NCBI GenBank assembly: GCA_964016885.1 | Contig: OZ024744.1 | Location: 43,276,001-43,340,000, forward strand | DNA length: 64,000 bases | Source of the DNA: Eledone cirrhosa | Taxonomy: Eukaryota | Direction: 5' to 3' | Shown here: positions 1 to 15,300 of the stretch, one piece after another | Layout: each line of letters starts with the position of its first letter | How positions within the stretch are numbered: the stretch's first letter is position 1 | Position numbers and translations under genes: made by a program | Notes under the pieces: model-generated | What the model was told of the DNA's origin: nothing | Databases searched by the model: none | The model's input: the letters and a program-made list of their open reading frames with translations, nothing else

Positions 1-34
1 GAAGCAATGCGAGGGGACTGTGTAATATGGTCAC
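1..34 (-). CDS. Partial exon X1 (cut by the window edge): ..DHITQSPRIA..
   Basis: Same sequence as the X1 exon at 1719-1778; acceptor AG corresponds to plus-strand CT at 35-36. Confidence 0.65.
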   Translation of the reverse strand, partial: MTILHSPLALL

Positions 35-3000
35 CTAGAATATATAAACAAAATCATAGTAAACCTACATGTATATATACAAATAACATTACAAATACAG
101 GAAACAGTTATTAGATTTATTATCTCTGATATATACATATATACACCAGGTCCAAACATATATGGACCAAACTCCTACTGCCACTGCCATTTATATATAT
201 ATATTTATATATAGTGAAAGGATTCAGGACGCCAACTACTTAGATCCGTAAATATACATTTACTACTAAATTTTCTATAATCATGGCAACAGTCCTAATA
301 AAGCAAATTTATTCTTACATACACACACACAGAGATTGCACACTCACAAACTCACACTCACACAAACACAAACAGGGCTCACACAAACTCAAAAAAGCAT
401 CACCGGTGAAACACACCCAAACAGGTACACAATGAATTAATATACAACCCAATATACCTATATGTATACATCAACATACACATAATACCAACATCACTTC
501 ACTTATATATGTACACACAATTTTATTCAATGGGTCCACCTAACACATTACATAAACTTAGAATGTATACAGATATACAATATAACGTCAATTTGATATT
601 AATGTTGAAACACGTGTAATAGTTTTCTGTACTAACTGGTAGGAATCGGTTTGAAATACAACTTACTTTCTTTTGATCCACCTCTTATGTGTGTGCCTGA
701 GTCAGAGACAAGGATCTCTACAGGAGTCACACCTGGAAAAATATACAGAAGAAAAGAATAATAAAAGCTAGAAGGCTTTCTTGAGAAGAGTTTGTTGTCA
801 AGTTGAAGAAAGGGTAGAATGAGTTGTCATTTGTTTAATCAACTAGATCAAATTATACGGTTTGTTCTCTCAAGGACATGCTTACTTTTCCCACAAATCT
901 AAAACTTACAAAAGGAGTAAAGTGTGGTTAGTCTTGAATTATGAGAGAAACATTCTACAGTTTCCTACTGGTCCTTAAAATCAGATTTATATAGTGGTTT
1001 ACCAAATATTTAGGGTACTGGCAGATGTAGTGGAGAAGAGGATGCAGCATATGAACAATGAAGGGTGACAAGAAATTGTGAAGAACTGTAGGATAAAATT
1101 TGATAAAGAAGAGAATACTGATCTCTGAAATAATTCAATCTAACTCAATGAATCTAGTGTAACATTTATCTTCTCATTTGAATCACATGTAATGTCATTC
1201 TTTCTCAGTTATCTCTGATAATGCCCTAAAAAAGTCTAGCTATACTTTTGTCATCATTAAAAGGTCTTTGAGGAAGTCAATAAAATGTTTATTCTGGATT
1301 ATTTTATGGAGGTTGTAATAGAGAGTTTGATATTGTTGACTGAATTAAGTAGTTATAAATTTACTGTTGAAAACCTAAATAAGTTACTGAATAACTTATT
1401 ACATGATGTTTAAATTATAACTTACGCTTTTGAGAAGTTTCAGGCTTCATTGCAGCACTGGGAGGGTACACGGTAATATGGTCACCTAGAATATATAAAC
1501 AACATCATAGTAAACCTACATGTATATATATAAAAAACATTACAAATACATGGAATCAGTTATTAGATTGATTATCTCTGATATATAGATATATACACCA
1601 GGTGCAAAGACATATGGACCAAACTCCCACTGTCCCTCGCATATATATATATTTATATATAGAGAGAATGGATAAATTACTGAATAACTTATTAGATGAT
1701 GTTCAAACTATAACTTACCCTTTTTAGTTGATTTTGCCTCCATTGAAGCAATGCGAGGGGACTGTGTAATATGGTCACCTAGAATATATAAACAAAATCA
1801 TAGTAAACCTACATGTATATATACAAATAACATTACAAATACAGGAAACAGTTATTAGATTTATTATCTCTGATATATACATATATACACCAGGTCCAAA
1901 CATATATGGACCAAACTCCTACTGCCACTGCCATTTATATATATATATTTATATATAGTGAAAGGATTCAGGACGCCAACTACTTAGATCCGTAAATATA
2001 CATTTACTACTAAATTTTCTATAATCATGGCAACAGTCCTAATAAAGCAAATTTATTCTTACATACACACACACAGAGATTGCACACTCACAAACTCACA
2101 CTCACACAAACACAAACAGGGCTCACACAAACTCAAAAAAGCATCACCGGTGAAACACACCCAAACAGGTACACAATGAATTAATATACAACCCAATATA
2201 CCTATATGTATACATCAACATACACATAATACCAACATCACTTCACTTATATATGTACACACAATTTTATTCAATGGGTCCACCTAACACATTACATAAA
2301 CTTAGAATGTATACAGATATACAATATAACGTCAATTTGATATTAATGTTGAAACACGTGTAATAGTTTTCTGTACTAAATGGTAGGAATCGGTTTGAAA
2401 TACAACTTACTTTCTTTTGATCCACCTCTTATGTGTGTGCCTGAGTCAGAGACAAGGATCTCTACAGGAGTCACACCTGGAAAAATATACAGAAGAAAAG
2501 AATAATAAAAGCTAGAAGGCTTTCTTGAGAAGAGTTTGTTGTCAAGTTGAAGAAAGGGTAGAATGAGTTGTCATTTGTTTAATCAACTAGATCAAATTAT
2601 ACGGTTTGTTCTCTCAAGGACATGCTTACTTTTCCCACAAATCTAAAACTTACAAAAGGAGTAAAGTGTGGTTAGTCTTGAATTATGAGAGAAACATTCT
2701 ACAGTTTCCTACTGGTCCTTAAAATCAGATTTATATAGTGGTTTACCAAATATTTAGGGTACTGGCAGATGTAGTGGAGAAGAGGATGCAGCATATGAAC
2801 AATGAAGGGTGACAAGAAATTGTGAAGAACTGTAGGATAAAATCTTGATAAAGAAGAGAATACTGATCTCTGAAATAATTCAATCTAACTCAATGAATCT
2901 AGTGTAACATTTATCTTCTCATTTGAATCACATGTAATGTCATTCTTTCTCAGTTATCTCTGATAATGCCCTAAAAAAGTCTAGCTATACTTTTGTCATC

Positions 3001-3385
3001 ATTAAAAGGTCTTTGAGGAAGTCAATAAAATGTTTATTCTGGATTATTTTATGGAGGTTGTAATAGAGAGTTTGATATTGTTGACTGAATTAAGTAGTTA
3101 TAAATTTACTGTTGAAAACCTAAATAAGTTACTGAATAACTTATTACATGATGTTTAAATTATAACTTACGCTTTTGAGAAGTTTCAGGCTTCATTGCAG
3201 CACTGGGAGGGTACACGGTAATATGGTCACCTAGAATATATAAATAACATCATAGTAAACCTACATGTATATATATAAAAAACATTACAAATACATGGAA
3301 TCAGTTATTAGATTGATTATCTCTGATATATAGATATATACACCAGGTGCAAAGACATATGGACCAAACTCCCACTGTCCCTCGC

Positions 3386-3448
<63 letters not shown>

Positions 3449-5171
3449 GAGAGAATGGATAAATTACTGAATAACTTATTAGATGATGTTCAAACTATAA
3501 CTTACCCTTTTTAGTTGATTTTGCCTCCATTGAAGCAATGCGAGGGGACTGTGTAATATGGTCACCTAGAATATATAAACAAAATCATAGTAAACCTACA
3601 TGTATATATACAAATAACATTACAAATACAGGAAACAGTTATTAGATTTATTATCTCTGATATATACATATATACACCAGGTCCAAACATATATGGACCA
3701 AACTCCTACTGCCACTGCCATTTATATATATATATTTATATATAGTGAAAGGATTCAGGACGCCAACTACTTAGATCCGTAAATATACATTTACTACTAA
3801 ATTTTCTATAATCATGGCAACAGTCCTAATAAAGCAAATTTATTCTTACATACACACACACAGAGATTGCACACTCACAAACTCACACTCACACAAACAC
3901 AAACAGGGCTCACACACACTCAAAAAAGCATCACCGGTGAAACACACCCAAACAGGTACACAATGAATTAATATACAACCCAATATACCTATATGTATAC
4001 ATCAACATACACATAATACCAACATCACTTCACTTATATATGTACACACAATTTTATTCAATGGGTCCACCTAACACATTACATAAACTTAGAATGTATA
4101 CAGATATACAATATAACGTCAATTTGATATTAATGTTGAAACACGTGTAATAGTTTTCTGTACTAACTGGTAGGAATCGGTTTGAAATACAACTTACTTT
4201 CTTTTGATCCACCTCTTATGTGTGTGCCTGAGTCAGAGACAAGGATCTCTACAGGAGTCACACCTGGAAAAATATACAGAAGAAAAGAATAATAAAAGCT
4301 AGAAGGCTTTCTTGAGAAGAGTTTGTTGTCAAGTTGAAGAAAGGGTAGAATGAGTTGTCATTTGTTTAATCAACTAGATCAAATTATACGGTTTGTTCTC
4401 TCAAGGACATGCTTACTTTTCCCACAAATCTAAAACTTACAAAAGGAGTAAAGTGTGGTTAGTCTTGAATTATGAGAGAAACATTCTACAGTTTCCTACT
4501 GGTCCTTAAAATCAGATTTATATAGTGGTTTACCAAATATTTAGGGTACTGGCAGATGTAGTGGAGAAGAGGATGCAGCATATGAACAATGAAGGGTGAC
4601 AAGAAATTGTGAAGAACTGTAGGATAAAATTTGATAAAGAAGAGAATACTGATCTCTGAAATAATTCAATCTAACTCAATGAATCTAGTGTAACATTTAT
4701 CTTCTCATTTGAATCACATGTAATGTCATTCTTTCTCAGTTATCTCTGATAATGCCCTAAAAAAGTCTAGCTATACTTTTGTCATCATTAAAAAGTCTTT
4801 GAGGAAGTCAATAAAATGTTTATTCTGGATTATTTTATGGAGGTTGTAATAGAGAGTTTGATATTGTTGACTGAATTAAGTAGTTATAAATTTACTGTTG
4901 AAAACCTAAATAAGTTACTGAATAACTTATTACATGATGTTTAAATTATAACTTACGCTTTTGAGAAGTTTCAGGCTTCATTGCAGCACTGGGAGGGTAC
5001 ACGGTAATATGGTCACCTAGAATATATAAATAACATCATAGTAAACCTACATGTATATATATAAAAAACATTACAAATACATGGAATCAGTTATTAGATT
5101 GATTATCTCTGATATATAGATATATACACCAGGTGCAAAGACATATGGACCAAACTCCCACTGTCCCTCGC

Positions 5172-5234
<63 letters not shown>

Positions 5235-6944
5235 GAGAGAATGGATAAATTACTGAATAACTTATTAGATGATGTTCAAACTATAACTTACCCTTTTTAG
5301 TTGATTTTGCCTCCATTGAAGCAATGCGAGGGGACTGTGTAATATGGTCACCTAGAATATATAAACAAAATCATAGTAAACCTACATGTATATATACAAA
5401 TAACATTACAAATACAGGAAACAGTTATTAGATTTATTATCTCTGATATATACATATATACACCAGGTCCAAACATATATGGACCAAACTCCTACTGCCA
5501 CTGCCATTTATATATATATATTTATATATAGTGAAAGGATTCAGGACGCCAACTACTTAGATCCGTAAATATACATTTACTACTAAATTTTTTATAATCA
5601 TGGCAACAGTCCTAATAAAGCAAATTTATTCTTACATACACACACACAGAGATTGCACACTCACACAAACACAAACAGGGCTCACACACACTCAAAAAAG
5701 CATCACCGGTGAAACACACCCAAACAGTTACACAATGAATTAATATACAACCCAATATACCTATATGTATACATCAACATACACATAATACCAACATCAC
5801 TTCACTTATATATGTACACACAATTTTATTCAATGGGTCCACCTAACACATTACATAAACTTAGAATGTATACAGATATACAATATAACGTCAATTTGAT
5901 ATTAATGTTGAAACACGTGTAATAGTTTTCTGTACTAACTGGTAGGAATCGGTTTGAAATACAACTTACTTTCTTTTGATCCACCTCTTATGTGTGTGCC
6001 TGAGTCAGAGACAAGGATCTCTACAGGAGTCACACCTGGAAAAATATACAGAAGAAAAGAATAATAAAAGCTAGAAGGCTTTCTTGAGAAGAGTTTGTTG
6101 TCAAGTTGAAGAAAGGGTAGAATGAGTTGTCATTTGTTTAATCAACTAGATCAAATTATACGGTTTCTTCTCTCAAGGACATGCTTACTTTTCCCACAAA
6201 TCTAAAACTTACAAAAGGAGTAAAGTGTGGTTAGTCTTGAATTATGAGAGAAACATTCTACAGTTTCCTACTGGTCCTTAAAATCAGATTTATATAGTGG
6301 TTTACCAAATATTTAGGGTACTGGCAGATGTAGTGGAGAAGAGGATGCAGCATATGAACAATGAAGGGTGACAAGAAATTGTGAAGAACTGTAGGATAAA
6401 ATCTTGATAAAGAAGAGAATACTGATCTCTGAAATAATTCAATCTAACTCAATGAATCTAGTGTAACATTTATCTTCTCATTTGAATCACATGTAATGTC
6501 ATTCTTTCTCAGTTATCTCTGATAATGCCCTAAAAAAGTCTAGCTATACTTTTGTCATCATTAAAAGGTCTTTGAGGAAGTCAATAAAATGTTTATTCTG
6601 GATTATTTTATGGAGGTTGTAATAGAGAGTTTGATATTGTTGACTGAATTAAGTAGTTATAAATTTACTGTTGAAAACCTAAATAAGTTACTGAATAACT
6701 TATTACATGATGTTTAAATTATAACTTACGCTTTTGAGAAGTTTCAGGCTTCATTGCAGCACTGGGAGGGTACACGGTAATATGGTCACCTAGAATATAT
6801 AAATAACATCATAGTAAACCTACATGTATATATATAAAAAACATTACAAATACATGGAATCAGTTATTAGATTGATTATCTCTGATATATAGATATATAC
6901 ACCAGGTGCAAAGACATATGGACCAAACTCCCACTGTCCCTCGC

Positions 6945-7009
<65 letters not shown>

Positions 7010-8732
7010 GAGAGAATGGATAAATTACTGAATAACTTATTAGATGATGTTCAAACTATAACTTACCCTTTTTAGTTGATTTTGCCTCCATTGAAGCAAT
7101 GCGAGGGGACTGTGTAATATGGTCACCTAGAATATATAAACAAAATCATAGTAAACCTACATGTATATATACAAATAACATTACAAATACAGGAAACAGT
7201 TATTAGATTTATTATCTCTGATATATACATATATACACCAGGTCCAAACATATATGGACCAAACTCCTACTGCCACTGCCATTTATATATATATATTTAT
7301 ATATAGTGAAAGGATTCAGGACGCCAACTACTTAGATCCGTAAATATACATTTACTACTAAATTTTCTATAATCATGGCAACAGTCCTAATAAAGCAAAT
7401 TTATTCTTACATACACACACACAGAGATTGCACACTCACAAACTCACACTCACACAAACACAAACAGGGCTCACACACACTCAAAAAAGCATCACCGGTG
7501 AAACACACCCAAACAGGTACACAATGAATTAATATACAACCCAATATACCTATATGTATACATCAACATACACATAATACCAACATCACTTCACTTATAT
7601 ATGTACACACAATTTTATTCAATGGGTCCACCTAACACATTACATAAACTTAGAATGTATACAGATATACAATATAACGTCAATTTGATATTAATGTTGA
7701 AACACGTGTAATAGTTTTCTGTACTAACTGGTAGGAATCGGTTTGAAATACAACTTACTTTCTTTTGATCCACCTCTTATGTGTGTGCCTGAGTCAGAGA
7801 CAAGGATCTCTACAGGAGTCACACCTGGAAAAATATACAGAAGAAAAGAATAATAAAAGCTAGAAGGCTTTCTTGAGAAGAGTTTGTTGTCAAGTTGAAG
7901 AAAGGGTAGAATGAGTTGTCATTTGTTTAATCAACTAGATCAAATTATACGGTTTGTTCTCTCAAGGACATGCTTACTTTTCCCACAAATCTAAAACTTA
8001 CAAAAGGAGTAAAGTGTGGTTAGTCTTGAATTATGAGAGAAACATTCTACAGTTTCCTACTGGTCCTTAAAATCAGATTTATATAGTGGTTTACCAAATA
8101 TTTAGGGTACTGGCAGATGTAGTGGAGAAGAGGATGCAGCATATGAACAATGAAGGGTGACAAGAAATTGTGAAGAACTGTAGGATAAAATTTGATAAAG
8201 AAGAGAATACTGATCTCTGAAATAATTCAATCTAACTCAATGAATCTAGTGTAACATTTATCTTCTCATTTGAATCACATGTAATGTCATTCTTTCTCAG
8301 TTATCTCTGATAATGCCCTAAAAAAGTCTAGCTATACTTTTGTCATCATTAAAAGGTCTTTGAGGAAGTCAATAAAATGTTTATTCTGGATTATTTTATG
8401 GAGGTTGTAATAGAGAGTTTGATATTGTTGACTGAATTAAGTAGTTATAAATTTACTGTTGAAAACCTAAATAAGTTACTGAATAACTTATTACATGATG
8501 TTTAAATTATAACTTACGCTTTTGAGAAGTTTCAGGCTTCATTGCAGCACTGGGAGGGTACACGGTAATATGGTCACCTAGAATATATAAATAACATCAT
8601 AGTAAACCTACATGTATATATATAAAAAACATTACAAATACATGGAATCAGTTATTAGATTGATTATCTCTGATATATAGATATATACACCAGGTGCAAA
8701 GACATATGGACCAAACTCCCACTGTCCCTCGC

Positions 8733-8795
<63 letters not shown>

Positions 8796-10504
8796 GAGAG
8801 AATGGATAAATTACTGAATAACTTATTAGATGATGTTCAAACTATAACTTACCCTTTTTAGTTGATTTTGCCTCCATTGAAGCAATGCGAGGGGACTGTG
8901 TAATATGGTCACCTAGAATATATAAACAAAATCATAGTAAACCTACATGTATATATACAAATAACATTACAAATACAGGAAACAGTTATTAGATTTATTA
9001 TCTCTGATATATACATATATACACCAGGTCCAAACATATATGGACCAAACTCCTACTGCCACTGCCATTTATATATATATATTTATATATAGTGAAAGGA
9101 TTCAGGACGCCAACTACTTAGATCCGTAAATATACATTTACTACTAAATTTTCTATAATCATGGCAACAGTCCTAATAAAGCAAATTTATTCTTACATAC
9201 ACACACACAGAGATTGCACACTCACACAAACACAAACAGGGCTCACACACACTCAAAAAAGCATCACCGGTGAAACACACCCAAACAGTTACACAATGAA
9301 TTAATATACAACCCAATATACCTATATGTATACATCAACATACACATAATACCAACATCACTTCACTTATATATGTACACACAATTTTATTCAATGGGTC
9401 CACCTAACACATTACATAAACTTAGAATGTATACAGATATACAATATAACGTCAATTTGATATTAATGTTGAAACACGTGTAATAGTTTTCTGTACTAAC
9501 TGGTAGGAATCGGTTTGAAATACAACTTACTTTCTTTTGATCCACCTCTTATGTGTGTGCCTGAGTCAGAGACAAGGATCTCTACAGGAGTCACACCTGG
9601 AAAAATATACAGAAGAAAAGAATAATAAAAGCTAGAAGGCTTTCTTGAGAAGAGTTTGTTGTCAAGTTGAAGAAAGGGTAGAATGAGTTGTCATTTGTTT
9701 AATCAACTAGATCAAATTATACGGTTTGTTCTCTCAAGGACATGCTTACTTTTCCCACAAATCTAAAACTTACAAAAGGAGTAAAGTGTGGTTAGTCTTG
9801 AATTATGAGAGAAACATTCTACAGTTTCCTACTGGTCCTTAAAATCAGATTTATATAGTGGTTTACCAAATATTTAGGGTACTGGCAGATGTAGTGGAGA
9901 AGAGGATGCAGCATATGAACAATGAAGGGTGACAAGAAATTGTGAAGAACTGTAGGATAAAATTTGATAAAGAAGAGAATACTGATCTCTGAAATAATTC
10001 AATCTAACTCAATGAATCTAGTGTAACATTTATCTTCTCATTTGAATCACATGTAATGTCATTCTTTCTCAGTTATCTCTGATAATGCCCTAAAAAAGTC
10101 TAGCTATACTTTTGTCATCATTAAAAGGTCTTTGAGGAAGTCAATAAAATGTTTATTCTGGATTATTTTATGGAGGTTGTAATAGAGAGTTTGATATTGT
10201 TGACTGAATTAAGTAGTTATAAATTTACTGTTGAAAACCTAAATAAGTTACTGAATAACTTATTACATGATGTTTAAATTATAACTTACGCTTTTGAGAA
10301 GTTTCAGGCTTCATTGCAGCACTGGGAGGGTACACGGTAATATGGTCACCTAGAATATATAAATAACATCATAGTAAACCTACATGTATATATATAAAAA
10401 ACATTACAAATACATGGAATCAGTTATTAGATTGATTATCTCTGATATATAGATATATACACCAGGTGCAAAGACATATGGACCAAACTCCCACTGTCCC
10501 TCGC

Positions 10505-10567
<63 letters not shown>

Positions 10568-12276
10568 GAGAGAATGGATAAATTACTGAATAACTTATTA
10601 GATGATGTTCAAACTATAACTTACCCTTTTTAGTTGATTTTGCCTCCATTGAAGCAATGCGAGGGGACTGTGTAATATGGTCACCTAGAATATATAAACA
10701 AAATCATAGTAAACCTACATGTATATATACAAATAACATTACAAATACAGGAAACAGTTATTAGATTTATTATCTCTGATATATACATATATACACCAGG
10801 TCCAAACATATATGGACCAAACTCCTACTGCCACTGCCATTTATATATATATATTTATATATAGTGAAAGGATTCAGGACGCCAACTACTTAGATCCGTA
10901 AATATACATTTACTACTAAATTTTCTATAATCATGGCAACAGTCCTAATAAAGCAAATTTATTCTTACATACACACACACAGAGATTGCACACTCACACA
11001 AACACAAACAGGGCTCACACACACTCAAAAAAGCATCACCGGTGAAACACACCCAAACAGTTACACAATGAATTAATATACAACCCAATATACCTATATG
11101 TATACATCAACATACACATAATACCAACATCACTTCACTTATATATGTACACACAATTTTATTCAATGGGTCCACCTAACACATTACATAAACTTAGAAT
11201 GTATACAGATATACAATATAACGTCAATTTGATATTAATGTTGAAACACGTGTAATAGTTTTCTGTACTAACTGGTAGGAATCGGTTTGAAATACAACTT
11301 ACTTTCTTTTGATCCACCTCTTATGTGTGTGCCTGAGTCAGAGACAAGGATCTCTACAGGAGTCACACCTGGAAAAATATACAGAAGAAAAGAATAATAA
11401 AAGCTAGAAGGCTTTCTTGAGAAGAGTTTGTTGTCAAGTTGAAGAAAGGGTAGAATGAGTTGTCATTTGTTTAATCAACTAGATCAAATTATACGGTTTG
11501 TTCTCTCAAGGACATGCTTACTTTTCCCACAAATCTAAAACTTACAAAAGGAGTAAAGTGTGGTTAGTCTTGAATTATGAGAGAAACATTCTACAGTTTC
11601 CTACTGGTCCTTAAAATCAGATTTATATAGTGGTTTACCAAATATTTAGGGTACTGGCAGATGTAGTGGAGAAGAGGATGCAGCATATGAACAATGAAGG
11701 GTGACAAGAAATTGTGAAGAACTGTAGGATAAAATTTGATAAAGAAGAGAATACTGATCTCTGAAATAATTCAATCTAACTCAATGAATCTAGTGTAACA
11801 TTTATCTTCTCATTTGAATCACATGTAATGTCATTCTTTCTCAGTTATCTCTGATAATGCCCTAAAAAAGTCTAGCTATACTTTTGTCATCATTAAAAGG
11901 TCTTTGAGGAAGTCAATAAAATGTTTATTCTGGATTATTTTATGGAGGTTGTAATAGAGAGTTTGATATTGTTGACTGAATTAAGTAGTTATAAATTTAC
12001 TGTTGAAAACCTAAATAAGTTACTGAATAACTTATTACATGATGTTTAAATTATAACTTACGCTTTTGAGAAGTTTCAGGCTTCATTGCAGCACTGGGAG
12101 GGTACACGGTAATATGGTCACCTAGAATATATAAACAACATCATAGTAAACCTACATGTATATATATAAAAAACATTACAAATACATGGAATCAGTTATT
12201 AGATTGATTATCTCTGATATATAGATATATACACCAGGTGCAAAGACATATGGACCAAACTCCCACTGTCCCTCGC

Positions 12277-12339
<63 letters not shown>

Positions 12340-15300
12340 GAGAGAATGGATAAATTACTGAATAACTTATTAGATGATGTTCAAACTATAACTTACCCTT
12401 TTTAGTTGATTTTGCCTCCATTGAAGCAATGCGAGGGGACTGTGTAATATGGTCACCTAGAATATATAAACAAAATCATAGTAAACCTACATGTATATAT
12501 ACAAATAACATTACAAATACAGGAAACAGTTATTAGATTTATTATCTCTGATATATACATATATACACCAGGTCCAAACATATATGGACCAAACTCCTAC
12601 TGCCACTGCCATTTATATATATATATTTATATATAGTGAAAGGATTCAGGACGCCAACTACTTAGATCCGTAAATATACATTTACTACTAAATTTTCTAT
12701 AATCATGGCAACAGTCCTAATAAAGCAAATTTATTCTTACATACACACACACAGAGATTGCACACTCACAAACTCACACTCACACAAACACAAACAGGGC
12801 TCACACACACTCAAAAAAGCATCACCGGTGAAACACACCCAAACAGGTACACAATGAATTAATATACAACCCAATATACCTATATGTATACATCAACATA
12901 CACATAATACCAACATCACTTCACTTATATATGTACACACAATTTTATTCAATGGGTCCACCTAACACATTACATAAACTTAGAATGTATACAGATATAC
13001 AATATAACGTCAATTTGATATTAATGTTGAAACACGTGTAATAGTTTTCTGTACTAACTGGTAGGAATCGGTTTGAAATACAACTTACTTTCTTTTGATC
13101 CACCTCTTATGTGTGTGCCTGAGTCAGAGACAAGGATCTCTACAGGAGTCACACCTGGAAAAATATACAGAAGAAAAGAATAATAAAAGCTAGAAGGCTT
13201 TCTTGAGAAGAGTTTGTTGTCAAGTTGAAGAAAGGGTAGAATGAGTTGTCATTTGTTTAATCAACTAGATCAAATTATACGGTTTGTTCTCTCAAGGACA
13301 TGCTTACTTTTCCCACAAATCTAAAACTTACAAAAGGAGTAAAGTGTGGTTAGTCTTGAATTATGAGAGAAACATTCTACAGTTTCCTACTGGTCCTTAA
13401 AATCAGATTTATATAGTGGTTTACCAAATATTTAGGGTACTGGCAGATGTAGTGGAGAAGAGGATGCAGCATATGAACAATGAAGGGTGACAAGAAATTG
13501 TGAAGAACTGTAGGATAAAATTTGATAAAGAAGAGAATACTGATCTCTGAAATAATTCAATCTAACTCAATGAATCTAGTGTAACATTTATCTTCTCATT
13601 TGAATCACATGTAATGTCATTCTTTCTCAGTTATCTCTGATAATGCCCTAAAAAAGTCAAGCTATACTTTTGTCATCATTAAAAGGTCTTTGAGGAAGTC
13701 AATAAAATGTTTATTCTGGATTATTTTATGGAGGTTGTAATAGAGAGTTTGATATTGTTGACTGAATTAAGTAGTTATAAATTTACTGTTGAAAACCTAA
13801 ATAAGTTACTGAATAACTTATTACATGATGTTTAAATTATAACTTACGCTTTTGAGAAGTTTCAGGCTTCATTGCAGCACTGGGAGGGTACACGGTAATA
13901 TGGTCACCTAGAATATATAAACAACATCATAGTAAACCTACATGTATATATATAAAAAACATTACAAATACATGGAATCAGTTATTAGATTGATTATCTC
14001 TGATATATAGATATATACACCAGGTGCAAAGACATATGGACCAAACTCCCACTGTCCCTCGCATATATATATATTTATATATAGAGAGAATGGATAAATT
14101 ACTGAATAACTTATTAGATGATGTTCAAACTATAACTTACCCTTTTTAGTTGATTTTGCCTCCATTGAAGCAATGCGAGGGGACTGTGTAATATGGTCAC
14201 CTAGAATATATAAACAAAATCATAGTAAACCTACATGTATATATACAAATAACATTACAAATACAGGAAACAGTTATTAGATTTATTATCTCTGATATAT
14301 ACATATATACACCAGGTCCAAACATATATGGACCAAACTCCTACTGCCACTGCCATTTATATATATATATTTATATATAGTGAAAGGATTCAGGACGCCA
14401 ACTACTTAGATCCGTAAATATACATTTACTACTAAATTTTCTATAATCATGGCAACAGTCCTAATAAAGCAAATTTATTCTTACATACACACACACAGAG
14501 ATTGCACACTCACAAACTCACACTCACACAAACACAAACAGGGCTCACACACACTCAAAAAAGCATCACCGGTGAAACACACCCAAACAGGTACACAATG
14601 AATTAATATACAACCCAATATACCTATATGTATACATCAACATACACATAATACCAACATCACTTCACTTATATATGTACACACAATTTTATTCAATGGG
14701 TCCACCTAACACATTACATAAACTTAGAATGTATACAGATATACAATATAACGTCAATTTGATATTAATGTTGAAACACGTGTAATAGTTTTCTGTACTA
14801 ACTGGTAGGAATCGGTTTGAAATACAACTTACTTTCTTTTGATCCACCTCTTATGTGTGTGCCTGAGTCAGAGACAAGGATCTCTACAGGAGTCACACCT
14901 GGAAAAATATACAGAAGAAAAGAATAATAAAAGCTAGAAGGCTTTCTTGAGAAGAGTTTGTTGTCAAGTTGAAGAAAGGGTAGAATGAGTTGTCATTTGT
15001 TTAATCAACTAGATCAAATTATACGGTTTGTTCTCTCAAGGACATGCTTACTTTTCCCACAAATCTAAAACTTACAAAAGGAGTAAAGTGTGGTTAGTCT
15101 TGAATTATGAGAGAAACATTCTACAGTTTCCTACTGGTCCTTAAAATCAGATTTATATAGTGGTTTACCAAATATTTAGGGTACTGGCAGATGTAGTGGA
15201 GAAGAGGATGCAGCATATGAACAATGAAGGGTGACAAGAAATTGTGAAGAACTGTAGGATAAAATTTGATAAAGAAGAGAATACTGATCTCTGAAATAAT

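Larger units (their letters stand above)
1384..1958. repeat. Internal tandem duplication with about 293-bp period, containing paralogous exons X2 and X1 and their intron flanks
   Basis: ttactgaataacttatta[c/g]atgatgtt...acttac + exon + ctagaatatataaac...ggaccaaactcc occurs at about 1384 and about 1677. Confidence 0.95.

Noticed and set aside
311-325. Extra minus-strand GTAAG donor-like site (stronger, AG|GTAAGA, in B units)
   Set aside because: No convincing acceptor or frame-consistent exon upstream; the adjacent CA-rich tract has 13-14 bp indels.
401-408. Palindrome CACCGGTG (also ACACGTGT at about 610-617)
   Set aside because: 8-bp palindromes are expected by chance, and their recurrence only reflects the array. 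The second is mutated in B units.
667-1778. Assigning the peptide to titin PEVK, mucin, elastin or triadin
   Set aside because: Only the exon architecture is similar; composition and motifs do not match any family I can recognise, so no gene symbol is given.
3386-3448. Compound TA allele as an excision footprint of the 520-bp element
   Set aside because: No element-derived bases remain and run lengths do not match the B-unit flanks; slippage or unequal exchange within the TT-interrupted tract is sufficient.
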